DNA of 63,871 nucleotides, counting the filler, from Pelomyxa schiedti (Eukaryota > Protista > Evosea): the NCBI GenBank assembly GCA_020536535.1. It is 7 parts of 7 records of this genome, joined end to end, with 100 filler letters (N's around TTAATTAATTAA, not from the genome) between each part and the next. Parts side by side here need not be neighbours in the genome. Positions count along the whole stretch, not along the records: positions 1 to 21,862 come from JAHLWZ010000443.1; positions 21,963 to 27,282 come from JAHLWZ010001505.1; 5 more parts are not named here. One strand, 5' to 3'. Shown in pieces: positions 11,470 to 26,356 of the stretch (positions are counted from its first letter, which is position 1; every line of letters begins with the position of its first letter). The position numbers and the translations under genes are program-made. The notes under the pieces were generated by a model. The model searched no databases, was not told the DNA's origin, and saw nothing but the letters and a program-made list of their open reading frames with translations.

Positions 11470-13608
11470 CTACGAAGTGTATTCACATACCAGCCAGTCG
11501 TAGCCGTGGTCAGTATCCCTAGTGATGTGGTGATCAGTTGGGGGGTTACAGGATAAAAGTGCGGAAGTAATTACTGAGTGCGCGGAGATGTTGTGTAGTG
11601 GGTTTGAATTGTAAATTACCAGCAGCGGGTTGTCTGGTAGTGTGAGGGGTTCCCGAAAGAGCACGAGAGCTTTCTGACTGCACAGAAAGTATTTTTCCCA
11701 CCTGGGCACGTGCTTACGATTGTGTGATTACCGTGTTCGTCATCGACTACAGGCTTCACGTCAAATCCGGCAATACGTCTTCGGAAGATATGGATGTTAA
11801 CCAAAAATGAATCCAAGAGCATAGAGTAACCTGTTATTGGGGTCCGTAGCCAAGCCATACAACACAATCCAGGAATGCTGACAGTACCAGCTCTCAGTTG
11901 AGCCAAGCCGTGAGCCAAACTCAATCACCTTCTGCATGTCCTAGTGGGGTATAAACCTGGATACAGAAGATAAAATTGTACTACCTGAGCATTTCGAGGC
12001 TGAAACCACTGCAAGTTTCTTTCTTCAGCAAAATTGAACAGCTGTGTTAGTGGTGCACGTGGATCCACTTTGAAGAACACAACATGGCGGTTGCAAAAGA
12101 TGTATTCTTGGTAAGATCCCTGTAAGTTTGGCCTTTTACCCGATGCCATCAAAACGGGAGCAGGAGTTGGGTGCGGTTGAATTGGTGATTGTGGTATAGG
12201 AATGGCCACACGCGAGGGAGTGGAGATTGTAATATTGGGTGGAACCACAGTAGGTGGACTGTAAACTGTCTGGATTGGTCATCAATAAAACGATTTAGTT
12301 TCGGAGAGCTTTACTTTCACTGACAGCTTTTTCAAAGCATGGAAAGCTTCCTCAACTTTTCTTCTCATTTCAGTTATGTCCTCTTCAACTCGTATTGTGG
12401 GAGGGGTTGCTAAGGGGGAATCAAGTGCTAACTGAGTTTGGTATAAGTATTATTGAACCACGTGGTGGGATAGCTCATACACTTGTCTTTCTCATAGTTT
12501 CTTCGTAAGTTGAAAACAGTTGAACATCGACAGCACTTGGTTGTACTGGAGCTTGGGCAACATTAAGAGTGTTCAACTCACTTTCGATTGCATTTATTGC
12601 TGCCTCATGTTGCATCAAGGTATTCAGTGCTGCTGTAAACTTTCCGACTTACAATGTTTAGATTTCTTTTCTAATCTACTTCGTTCAATTACCATTATCT
12701 CTTAGGACGGCGTCACACTCATTGAGAACACTAGCTTCCATACTATTCGCCTGAGCGACAATGTTGGTTATGATTTCGTGGTACTGCAGTCTCTTTTTTG
12801 TGTTCTCCTATTGTTTTCCACGTTAATTTTGACTAATAGGAGGCTGCTCACCTCCTGTGCTACACGCAATTGTTCTTTGGCAGCCACAACAACTTGGGAA
12901 ATTTCAGCATGCCGCTGTTTTAGTGCTGGCAATTTGGAAATTAGTTGTGTGCGCAGTGGTTTTGTCTCCTCGGCTAACAACCCGAACTTGTGTGTCTGAT
13001 GCTCCGGAATGAGGCAAAGCTGGCAAATTGGTATACGGCAGTTGGAACAGTACAATTGCAGTAAGTTGGGCGGGTGTTTTGGGCAAACACTCGACGACTC
13101 TACGTGAGTTCAGGGGAAAAAATGGGAGAACATAGATATATATATATACTAGGTGCAGCAGTAAGTTCAGTCTTCTTAAAATCAGCAAGCACTTCCATGA
13201 GGGCAAAGTTCTAATAGAAAAATAAGAAAAATAATTAAAAAAGGGGGGGACGGCCAATGCACCTTCAGGTAGACTTTGTCAACGTTATCAGCGGCCTCAC
13301 ATGGAGTACGGCAATAAGGGCATGGGACTTTCATTTGCCCTACGTTGTTGTTGGCGTTGGAAGCTTCCAATTACAATTGAGGCTACCGGTTTTGCGAGCG
13401 TTGGCAATAATAGATTTTAGACACTGACTGCATACTGTGTGCTGGCAAAGAGGAAGCACTCTGCGAAAATTAAGGTTCTCCAGAAACAAAAGGAGGTACA
13501 GCAGTTAAACCTTGGTTCTTTGTCGCCTTCATCGTACATTTCGTCGCATATTTTGCACACCAGGGAGGGCAGCATCGGCTGCCCCGACGCTGTTAATGCA
13601 GATGTCAT
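11470..13608 (-). CDS. RING - B-box - coiled-coil (TRIM-like) E3 ligase with an unrecognised C-terminal domain
   Basis: RING: CKIC...LCQHTVCSQC...CPYC. B-box2: CPKH..LYCSNCRIPICQLC..EHQTH. Heptad-rich exons follow. The 3' end is tentative. Confidence 0.8.
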
Positions 13609-13905
13609 AAGTCAAACGATTTCCAACACTCGCCTCCTGGGGAACTGTCACAGTGCGGTAAGGCACACAAAGTCATCAACCCCACCGATTACGTTATTCA
13701 TATGTCGCATTTACGCAGTACCGACACCTTACCTTGGATCTTCGTTTATTTTGATTTAAAAAAAAAAAGATCGGCCTTGTTTTTCGCACACCCGGCCGCA
13801 GGCAAACAACTAAAGTTTTGATTGCTTGGGTCAAGTTGGTCTATGGGGGCAGTTTTCTTTTGTTCCCATGGTACATTCACATGCATAGTGAGGTTCTTGT
13901 TTCAC

Positions 13906-16900
13906 TTATTTTGCAGTGCAAGATGAAGGGAGGCCCAATTGGTCAGGGGTCAAATTGGTGTCCATTTGCATCCACTTCCTCATTGCCAGAATCACTGACA
14001 GGTCACGATGTGTCCCTTGTTGTGGAATGTTAGTGTNNNNNNNNNNNNNNNNNNNNNNNNNNNNNNNNNNNNNNNNNNNNNNNNNNNNNNNNNNNNNNNN
14101 NNNNNNNNNNNNNNNNNNNNNNNNNNNNNNNNNNNNATGGAAACATTCATTAGTCTGTTTGTGTGTATTTGTTTGCGGGCGTATTCATTATTCTTTTAAT
14201 CGGGAGTGAACTTACTTGTGTAGTAGCCGGAAGCTGTTGAACCATCATATCCACAGCTTTGGTCTGAGAATGCTGTTGCCGCGGGTGTGTCCAAGCAACC
14301 ACTGCATGTATAGGCGCAGGAAGAGCACAAGGATTTTCCATCCGGGATTCCAAACCCGGAATCATTGGGCCAATAGTATGATGACAACAGCAAACGGACT
14401 GGGTAGCCGTTGTAGTTGTCAGTTACTCCATAGGGGGAGTTGAACAATATTTCTTCGAACCCGCGGTGCTTGCCAATATCCTTCTCAATGACAAGAACGC
14501 TTCCACTAAAAGAGGGAACTTATTAGGCCATTGAAATGAGCAAGGGATAGCCTACTAATTGCCCATATCTCTGCTGGTTGAACCTGGGGTCTGTTGGTCA
14601 GCATCGTCGTTCTGTACTGCATTCCGTTCATCGCTGATCGAATTGCAGTCCGCCCCGGGCTCTTTAGGGTACCTGATCTCGGTTGTTATAACGCCTCCCG
14701 AGTGATGAGAGATACCCGGAATTCCAGATTTTGACTTGGTAGACTTCAGTTTGGCTGAATCCGGCAGCATACAGCTGATCTTCAAGGTAAGGCCCGTAAT
14801 TGTACCCAGATCCTTCATTGCACATCAACATGCTGGCTTCACCGCCCAGAAGAATCTACAAAGATAATGACCATTTCGCATTGCAAGAAAGGGAAAACCT
14901 CAAGCCAGGTGATAAATTCAGACGGGAGAGACCCACCCATATTTGCACGGAACTTGGACAGAATTCCGACAATATCATCTTAGGGGCTTGGTTAGCCGGC
15001 GAAAAAAGAAATCAGAAAAAAACCTGGGGCAATGTGTTTGGCAGCGTCCACTCGGAAACCAGAAAATCCAATGGACATTAAGCTAGTAAGGTGAGATGAA
15101 ATCATCGGTAGTAGTAAGGCTACCTAGTCAGATAATCAGCAATGCGAGACTGAACATAATCACGCTCAGTGTTGAGATCCACGAGTCCGTTGAGCCAACC
15201 AGCATTTAAGTCCAAGGGATCAGTCCACGAGTTGAGTGCTCGCTCACAATGGAAGTCAAGAGGTCCGTACGGTACCGCAGGGAATTCCTAGGGAAGTTTA
15301 ACTTCAAAATGCCTCCACTTATACCATGTACTTGAAGGGGATTGTTTGATGTATGGGGATTGTAGGTATACGAGAACCCTAAAGCGAGTTATTTTTTGTT
15401 CGTTGCTTGCCAGATGCTTACCTTGGGTGTAAAACGAAGATACACTCTCTGCACTAGAGTTCTTGTTTGGCCAGTAGGTGCATGAGCCAGAATCATAACG
15501 GTGGTCAGGATTTGCGTCGTTTCCGCTGCCGACCATGTGGTTTATTACAGCGTCAGCGTAAACCCTGACACCATACTTACGGCATGTATACACCTAAAGG
15601 GAGTTAGCTGTTTAGTTCTCGGATAAGGATATACCAGTGAGCGCAAATCCTCATGAGTCCCCATTCTACCTTCAAGGCGATAGCTAACTGGTTGATACAT
15701 GAAGTACCATGGATTAAGGTAATTGTTAAAAGGCTGCAAGCTCATCACCTGCGACTCCGAAGTCAGATAAATAAGGAGACAGAAGTATGGACCTGCTCCT
15801 GATGGGGGAAAACTTTTACACCGGCCCAGCCCATCTTGGCAACGTATTGGCACTCTTTCTCAATTTCAGAGTCCGGCCAACCAAACATCTCAACTATGGC
15901 TCCTTTCTGGCCTCCGCGGAAATCTCCGTCAGTGCGAGCAACCTGAAATAATCAGAACCACTCTTCTCAAAACGCTTCCAACCTTTGGCCACTCCCAGTA
16001 GAAATCAAGGTCTTGAATTTGAATCTTGGCTCCATCTGAAGCATACGCGATAACGGGAATTGGCCCAAAATCTACAGTTGTGCAGTTAGGATAGAAGCAA
16101 TTAGGGGGAAAAAAAACCTGATGTGGTAAAGACTTTCGTGTTGGAACTTTGCATAACACCACCAAAAGAGTAGGTGTATGTCACTGAAGAGTTTACATGG
16201 TTGGTGATAATTTGCACAGTGGCCTGTGTGCGTGCTGAGTTGTAGACCATATGAGAGTATGCTGTCATTCTGTATTGCAGTTAGATATAATAATTGATTA
16301 TAATGTGAACACAAAATACCTGTAGTAATCACCAAATGAATCGCGATATTCGTCGTCAGTTGGCCAGGGAGTGTACCACCTTAAAGCGCAATCTCAGGTT
16401 TTATTTAGAAGACTCAGTTTTACATGTGATTCGCAAAGCTATCGTCAGTGTTTATTTCGTTGCCGGCACACTGATTTTCATAGAATATCTGACATCCTGG
16501 CAGGGGATCTAGAGCGCAGGTACTTCCATACTGGCACTTGGTACCATCATTGCAGAGAGTATCTAGTTTGTGTCAATTGTCTCCGGGTAGAGGGAGGGCT
16601 ACATCCACTCTGGCATGAAAGTGCACAAGCAGCATTGGAGCATACGGCTGTTTTAACACCTGTCGTAACAACGCATTCCTTTCCACAAGATCCTGTCGGG
16701 TATCAGTATTTGCAAAGTTGAAAGCTAATTGAGGTTTACCACAGTTCTCAGGATCAGATGACACATCAGCGAGACAAACCTCATCCGTCTCGCATGTGTC
16801 CCAGCCGCTGTTGCAAACACAATTTCCGTCTTGTATCGTACAGTGTGAGGATGGTGCGCACATGAGGGATGGGAAGATACCGTCATCACAATAACCATGG

Positions 16901-18727
16901 CCGTTGCAAGGAGAAGCACCGCCACAACTGCAAATTGGTCCGTACCATCCGTCGTCGCATTCACACTTGTATGAGGAGGAACATGTTCCATGGTTACTGC
17001 AGTTCGAGGCACAGGCAGGATTAAAGGTTTGTATGGTAGAGAGGACTCCACTTGCAACAGTGTAACTATAACGGATGAGTGGCATAGTAAATATGCGCAA
17101 GAAACAACATTCCAGGCAGCGTCACTTTGTAGTTCTTGCCACCATTGTTATCCCACGAGCCTGCGCCATTGTTGAAGACGAATTCGAGTGAATTGCAGGT
17201 AAGATAAGAGACCCACCAGGGAGGACTGAGTATTTGGTTACTGACACGAAGACTATTCTAGGTTGTCATACTTGGGATAAGAAGTGTTTTCGCTGGTTTT
17301 CATAGCATATCCAGGGGCAGTTGTCCATATTCCAGTCGTACCGCAGTCATAGTGAATGTATGGGGGGTTCCAGGCAATGGTGGAGTAGAATACAGTAACC
17401 ACGCCATCCCCAGGTTGTACGCCACAGGAATCTCCAAAAACGCAAGAACCACTGCTGCACAAGGTATCTACATTGGGTTAAAATGGTTTGAAGTTGATTT
17501 TCTTTTACAGTTCTCAAGGCAAGTGCGTGTACACTGCCCATTAGAACACACAGCCGAAGCAACGCCGCCTGTGACAAGGCACTCTGATCCACACGAACCT
17601 GAGGCACTTATGAAAAAGTAATCNNNNNNNNNNNNNNNNNNNNNNNNNNNNNNNNNNNNNNNNNNNNNNNNNNNNNNNNNNNNNNNNNNNNNNNNNNNNN
17701 NNNNNNNNNNNNNNNNNNNNNNNTTTTACAGTTCTCAAGGCAAGTGCGTGTACACTGCCCATTAGAACACACAGCCGAAGCAACGCCGCCTGTGACAAGG
17801 CACTCTGATCCACACGAACCTGAGGCACTTATGAAAAAGTAATCCGAGAAATGTGATGCTATACCACAGTTATAGGGATCTTCACTAACATCATAGAGGC
17901 ATTCTTCCCCGTCGTTACAGGTAGAATATCCTTCGTCACAAACGCAATTGCCAGCTTTGTTACAAACGGTAATTAGAAAGAAATCAATGGCGAGAGGGAA
18001 TTACCGGCATCACAAGAGCCGTGCTTGTTGCAAGGAGCATCACCTCCGCAGCTACAGTAGGAGCCGTACCAGCCAGAGTCACAAACGCAATCAAAAGAGG
18101 AGGTGCACGTGCCGTGTGAGTTGCAGTCATCAACACAACCTTTGGAGAATGTTTGAATTGTTGTCAAGGTCCCACTTGCAACAGTGTAACTAGTGGGTGA
18201 AAAAAAAAAGTGAGCCCGTCATTTTTATTAAACAGTAAGTACATTCCAGGAAGCGTGGCCTTGTAGTTACTACCGCCGTTGTTGTCCCAAGTTCCAGCCC
18301 CATTATTAAATACAAATTCCAGTCCATTGCATGGTAAGTATGCCACCCACCAAGGAGGGCTAAAAAGGAAGGATTGGAAAAATACGAACACAACCCCAAC
18401 CCACAAAGTATCCAAGTATAACTTATGTGAATCACAACACAAATTTCTTTTCTTGCACACTTATATTTAACTTCCCTCAAAAAAAAAAAGAAAAAAGCAA
18501 AAACCGGGAACATACTATAAGTAAGAGGTGTTGGTGCTGACTGACATAGCCACACCAGGGGAAGTAGTCCACACACCCGTAAGCCCACAGTCATAATGAA
18601 TATACACTTGTGACCAGCTGGTGCTACTATAAAACACTGTCACTACGCCGTCCCCCGGCTCGACGACGAAACACCCAACCGTCGCAACCGCTGCAACCCA
18701 TAATAACAACACCGCTGAGGGGCCCAT
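13906..18727 (-). CDS. Secreted GH13 alpha-amylase with 2x (CBM25-like + EGF-like + Cys-rich) N-terminal modules
   Basis: Signal peptide MGPSAVLLLWVAAVATVGC; CBM25-like VTVFY..W..VYIHY..G.WTT.PG and LEFVFNNG...WDNN; GAIVEMFGW, WYFMYQPVSY, VYADAVINHM and GFRVDAAKH; C-terminal HRDLSVILAMRKWM beyond the 14037 gap. Confidence 0.92.
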
Positions 18728-19313
18728 GGACCTACAAGAAACCGGAGGCGGCTCGGTGCGGTTTTTTTTTTTTTAGTTTTTTTAGTTCGCGTGGGAACGG
18801 AAATCATTCACTGGATCAAAGAGGCTGCGAAATTCGAAGCCAACGGTGGCTTCGAAGGCTGGGGAATATCGGTGAAGGCGGGCTCCTGTTGGGCTGCTGG
18901 CTTCGAAGTCCCCTCCTCCAGCGACATCTCAATCATCCGGTTTTATCAGCAAGAAGCAATGGTGGTTTCTTCCCAAAAACCGTGAAGTACAAATGCACCA
19001 CCACTAGTCTTATGGGTTGGCTTGGAAGTTTTGAGAGGTTTCCTTCATTCTTTCATCGGACAGTTGGGAAGACTTAGGAAAGCGTCGAAGGACGGTGTGC
19101 GTCGAGGAGAATTGTCCAACTGAGGAACAGTGAGGCTTTCTGATCTGATCGATCCAGTTCTCCGAAGCGGCGCAGTTGCAGAGCCTGGCAAATTGCCTCT
19201 GGTGAGATCCAGATCATTATTCAAAAACAAGTAGCACTACAAGGGCGAGCGGCACGTGCCGGTGGGGATCTTACAGTTAGTGTTTTGTTCGCTGGTGTAT
19301 TGGTGATAGTTTT

Positions 19314-21079
<1,766 letters not shown>

Positions 21080-21288
21080 AACACCCCACCAACTAAAACA
21101 CCTCACCCACCACCACCACAAGCTATACCTTGTATAGTCTTCATTCTCAATCACCATAACATTCACCACACTACAGTCACCCCAAATAATGGGGAGCACA
21201 TCTCTCCCCCTTCCCCTCAGTAAGTTTGAACCAATGAAATGGTTTTCGTCAAATTTGATTGGTTTTTCCAAGCCAAACGACGCGCCGG

Positions 21289-21735
21289 ATGGACACGGAC
21301 GACGCTGTACCACCCCCCACCATGGCACTCCTGGCCACCATCCACGATGACGACGAGGAAGCGAGGGGGGCGGAACCCACAGCCGCCCCCACCAGCGCCG
21401 CCAGCAGCACCGGCAGGCAGCACGGCGGCGGCCGCCCCCACCACAACCACCACAGGCACCACGACTATCCCAACGCAGGGGGGGAGGACGGGGACGCCGG
21501 TGGGGACAACAACAAGAGCGGGCACCACAGCAACAACAACAACAACAAGGAGGGGGAGGGGGCAGGAGGAGGAGGAGGAGGAGGGAGGCACACGCACCAC
21601 CACCACCACCACGGGGACGGGGAGCGGAGGGGGGGCGGCGGGGGCGCGGGGAGGAGGAGGAGGGGGACAGGGAGGGGGGGACCCATGTGCCGGCGGCGGG
21701 TGGCCCTGGTCGGGGGGTGCCTGTTCATACTAGCC

Positions 21736-21736
<1 letters not shown>
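21289..21736 (+). CDS. N-terminal exon of a probable membrane protein (His/Gly/Asn-rich, then a hydrophobic segment); the rest is lost in the gap
   Basis: GC-rich ORF MDTDDAVPP...RRRVALVGGCLFILA ending at a GT donor that opens a (GT)n tract. Confidence 0.5.
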
Positions 21737-21772
<36 letters not shown>

Positions 21773-21862
21773 GCGTGTGCGTGTGCGTGTGCGTGTGCGT
21801 GTGCGTGTGCGTGTGCGTGTGCGTGTGCGTGTGCGTGTGCGTGTGCGTGTGCGTGTGCGTGT
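21737..21862. repeat. (GT)n/(GTGCGT)n microsatellite running into the gap
   Basis: Direct reading of the sequence. Confidence 0.97.
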
Positions 21863-22138
21863 NNNNNNNNNNNNNNNNNNNNNNNNNNNNNNNNNNNNNN
21901 NNNNNNTTAATTAATTAANNNNNNNNNNNNNNNNNNNNNNNNNNNNNNNNNNNNNNNNNNNNTTTCGTCACATAAAGTTCGTTTGCATCCTCTGACTGAT
22001 GCGTCCTTGTGTCATAAGCCCCCCTAATGCACGGAATAAGCACTTGATCACAAATAATAATACTAAGCGGTACATTAATAAGACAGTATCATATCACGGG
22101 CAATTAATTCTAGGAAGGAACACCGAATAGATAGATAA

Positions 22139-22381
22139 TTACGGCAGGTTTCTGAACATCCTGTGGATTTTGTCAGTGAGTGGCAACTGCGTCATGTTGG
22201 CAGTGAGCGCCTTGGCCACAGTAGAGTCCCTCATTGATCCCGACGAACCGCTGGCGATGCTCCTCATCAATTCCACGTCCTCGCGTGACGGCGACGGAGT
22301 CGCTGGCGGCGGCGGTGGTGGTGATGATGCTGGAGCCAACTTGTAACAATCTCCACTGCTAGTGTTGGTACTACTGGCCAT
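22139..22381 (-). CDS. Small hypothetical protein (80 aa)
   Basis: ATG-initiated GC-rich ORF; no recognisable domain. Confidence 0.4.
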   Translation of the reverse strand: MASSTNTSSGDCYKLAPASSPPPPPPATPSPSREDVELMRSIASGSSGSMRDSTVAKALTANMTQLPLTDKIHRMFRNLP

Positions 22382-22478
22382 TCAACCTCAAGTGTCTTTT
22401 GACGATGGGGAATTGTGCTGTGTGGTGTTGTTTGTTGGGAAGAATGTGATGTGTTTGTGGGTTTGAGAGTGGAAATTG

Positions 22479-25400
22479 TCACTGTTGTATGTGTGTCTTC
22501 GAATTATAAACGCTGTGGGGAAAGACAAGGCGAGGAAAGGGCATTGATTTGATCCAAAAAGGATGTGCTTGTTGCCGTGTTGATGAAAATAACGAGCACT
22601 TCCCACATCGGAAGCCGCGAACCTGAACCAACACTTCTGTTCTTTTCCCTCGTTTCGCTTCGCTGAACTCATCAAACCAATCAAAGAAAGGTCTCTTCAG
22701 TCCGAAAATTTCAATTTCCCAGCAAGAGGAGCACAAGGCATCGAGGAACTGACGGTTGTACCCTGGGGAGGAGAACGAGGTGGTTCTATTTTGGATAGTT
22801 CGTTCTCTTTCTATTTTCAACCTTTTCTATTCTATTTTAAAATTACTGAATTGCGGGTGTGGTTTTGTTACCGCTAGTTGGATGTTGAGGAATGCAAGGA
22901 GGTTGTTGTGGGTTTTGTGGCCCCAGTTATTCACAGTGAGTATAGCCTAATCCTAAAAAAGTTCAGGAAATAGTTATCTGTGTGTTTGGTGTAAGGAAAC
23001 CTTGTGGGCAGTGGGGTTGGGTGTGGGTTCAAGTGCTCTCTTGCCTTGTTTTGCTGTACTTATGTTAATAACTCAATCTCCAAACGTGGGGTGTACCTAC
23101 CCGCTCGTGCAGTTTGGGCTTCTTCTTTTTGTTGAGTTCTTGATGGGAGGGGTGCCGGTGCATAAGTGAAACCAGGAATCTGACTCCCAGATATTGACAC
23201 ATATTTTTCATTTTGGATGTGAATGTCTTCTGCTGAAAGAAAGAGACAGAAATCTAAGCTAATTAGTGAAGGGCAACTTCTACTAAATACACACCACTTT
23301 TTGCTTTTATTTCATTCATATTATGAACAAAATCGTATGCCTCTCCTTGAAGATCAGGACCATTTTTGGAATCAGTAATTTGTATAAAATCTGAGTGGTT
23401 TTGGTTAGCAACAAAATCACAAAAAAGCTGCTTGGTATGTACAATAGCCGTCAACATATTCGAGGTTCCCGTTTTCGAGGTGATAACTGCGGACAGGTGT
23501 CACAAACGTTAGAGGGTACTGCTCCGACAGCAACAGGAGGCTCGTTCCAAGGGCACATGCTCTTTCCACAGGAATATTGAGCACAAAGCCAATTCTAAAA
23601 TCTACAAGAATTAGGTACTGGCAAGAATAATAATATACAGACTTGGAGTGTCAGTGAACAACATAGATGAGTGAGCTCCTGCAGAACTGTGGCAAACCTT
23701 CCGCAGTTTGCTACCAGGGGTAATGAGCTCTTGGAGGCAAAAAGTCTTGAAACTCGAGTTTAAATATCTTGTGACTAAATGCAGCCAAGGGAAACTTGAC
23801 ATCTAAAAGAGTGTAAACTTCTTTCAGAAAAAGAACATCATGATCATACTCCATGAACGGTATCAGCTGAGTCTTCAGCGATTTGAAGGCTACCAAATGG
23901 GAAGGGCGGGATGAAACAAAATTCTAGTGGTGCCACTGGAACGACAACAGATAAATAATTTGCGTTGAGGCCTTTGCTAAGTGCAAAAAAGCGCTGGGCT
24001 TGTTCCTGTGCATCTGCTTTGTAACGCATGCAGTAAGCTGTCTCACTTTTAATTTGTCCTGGCTGAAATATTCCTTGTAAACCTTCTAAACTACGTGATG
24101 AACCAGATCCTCGGACATATCTGTGATGAAATGAGAGACAGAAAATGAAAAAAAGGCAAACCTTGAGAATATAGATTCTTGTAACTGGCGGGCCGCCATT
24201 TTGATGGCACCAAATACTTTTTGTTGCTTTCTTTTTACCCTGAAACAAATGATGAGTGTGTACTTGCTGTAATAATTCAGACATACATTTCTATATACTC
24301 TTGTATCATTGAAGCCGGGCCAAAAAAGAAACATGATAGCTCTTTCCATAATTCGGGGTCAGCTTCCTCAAATAAACCTAACCGGAAAATAACTTGGAGC
24401 AGCGTCTCGGCAACTGGGGGTATCACCAGAGGGTTCTAAATGGGGAGAGGATATCGACTAGTAAACACCCCAAACTAGCTATATATAGATAACGTACAAC
24501 TATATTGTTGAACTCCAGAACGTTAGACTCCAGTGCAAAGGACGTGGTATCAATAGGTTTTGTGCTAGAGGTTATAATTTTCACCTTGCTTGAAATATCG
24601 TGCAGTTTGCTGCAAAGGACTTAGTCTTATGAAGAAAAAAAAATGGATATTAATACGTAAATGCAGCAGAAGCATAAGGACTGAGTTGTGCCACTTGCAT
24701 TCCGCTCACGTATAGAACTGGGATGGTTGCTTGACTCCAAGTGGGGTTCTTCTCTGCTATTATGCTGAGAAGTTCTGCGGCAGTACCTACAGAGCATTAA
24801 AGACTTGAACTTCAGTTTGAAAAAAAGGAAGGTACCTTGGTGTTGGCATACGTCTGAGAACAGCAGATGTACCAATGAAACCTTGCCAGCACTCCCTAAC
24901 ACCTCCACTAGGCCGAGTACGTTGTAGTGACAATATTGCTCGTCACCTGTGCGTAATGTTAGTACCATGAGTGCCACAATCTACATTACATTACATTACA
25001 TTACATTACATTACATTACATTACATTACATTACATTACATTACATTACATTACATTACATTACATTACATTACTTTCGGTTAAACGAGACGAAACCGCA
25101 CCATACGATATCCATTTTCCTTGCGTAGTGTGGAGTACGTTGTCGGCCCAGTCGTGCAAACGCTGAGTTTTCCACCATATGGTTGCTGTTGGTTTGTTTT
25201 GCCACACATTCGTCTCTTCGGGGTCCAGCGCGACTTCCACAGCGTCAACTCGTACCTCAACCACAATGTCGTCTGGCGTGTGTTCTGTCGACGACGTTGA
25301 AGTCGATGTTGATGGGAGTGGTACAGTAGCAGCGGCAGAAGAAGAAGAAGAAGTGTGCCGCGTAGCATCATCATGATGAAAAATCGACAGGGTTGGGAGA

Positions 25401-25930
25401 TCTGGGAGAGTTCGGGACGTAAATTGGCATACTGGGAAGGCAGATATTGCCGATGAGCTATGTGCCCCTGATTCGACAGAGCGCATCAACTCTGTTTGTT
25501 TGTTACTTCTAGGGCTTGGGTTTCGCTGCAGCCCAAACCCCACTCCTGTGCCACGCCTGCACAAAGATACAAGGGCCAGGAAGCGGACTTCCAGAGGTTC
25601 TCCCAAGAAGGATATGTTCTTCCACATGGTCGGATCATCCAGAAATTCCGAAAGCTCTCCGAGCGTTCCCCTCAGCCTCGACATGCGAGCTCCGCCCTCA
25701 ATCGCTTTCACAACACTGAGGAAGGACCTGGATCCATGTGGCCCCATCTCCTCGAACAACCTCGCCCCCACGTCGATGTACGCACTCCAGGCCGCCTGGT
25801 CGGTGATGACGCAGTTGTTCTCCAGGATGTGCCTGGAGAGCACCCTGAAGCTCTCCGAATGAACGTCGATGTCCCTCTCAATTTCCGCCCGGAACCGCCC
25901 CTCATCCCACACTGGTTGTTGTGTCGTCAT
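22479..25930 (-). CDS. Hypothetical multi-exon gene (possibly more than one)
   Basis: The 289-aa first exon (25930-25075) splices over intron 24947-25074 (GTAATG donor, TACTAAC branch, CAG) into ORF 24627-24977. Further protein-like exons extend to about 22480; the 3' extent is uncertain. Confidence 0.5.
24982..25074. repeat. (TACAT)n microsatellite inside an intron
   Basis: About 18 perfect pentamers. Confidence 0.97.
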
Positions 25931-26356
25931 CGATCTGCAAGAATAGATCCAAAAAAAACATCAGGATCCATTTATTTACAAACAAAAAATGGGGGTAGGA
26001 GAGAATTATTCCCGAGGCACACGAGTCTTTTGGCATGCAGGGAACGAGTGCCACTAATCTTCTGATTGACATGTTTGCAACCACTTCTTTCCATCACTCA
26101 AAGACTTGTGGATTTTTGATCAGATCTGACAGTGGTACCTGTTGTTGTTGTTTACCGATGCAGTCGTGGGGGTGGCACTTGTGGCAACGCGGCCATTAAT
26201 GTGGGTGACAACGCAGTCTGCTGGGTGGGGAGCGGCAGTTCAGGCAACACCACAAGCATAAATACTTGTAGCAACACAGGCGGTGGCACAACGAGCATTA
26301 ATTAGTACAGGTACTTGCACAAGTAAGCAGTCTGGGCAATTCACACAAATTGCACA

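Noticed and set aside
18791-19230. Short ORFs between the amylase and PRMT1 genes
   Set aside because: No domain or splice support; probably divergent promoter or UTR.
21907-21918. TTAATTAATTAA palindrome recurring in gaps (also 27327, 34278, 38088, 58928, 62725)
   Set aside because: Always embedded in Ns; an artificial six-frame-stop scaffolding linker.
22230-25500. Shared ELMRSxxSG peptide in ORFs 22139-22381 and 25061-25930
   Set aside because: Too short to establish homology without a search.
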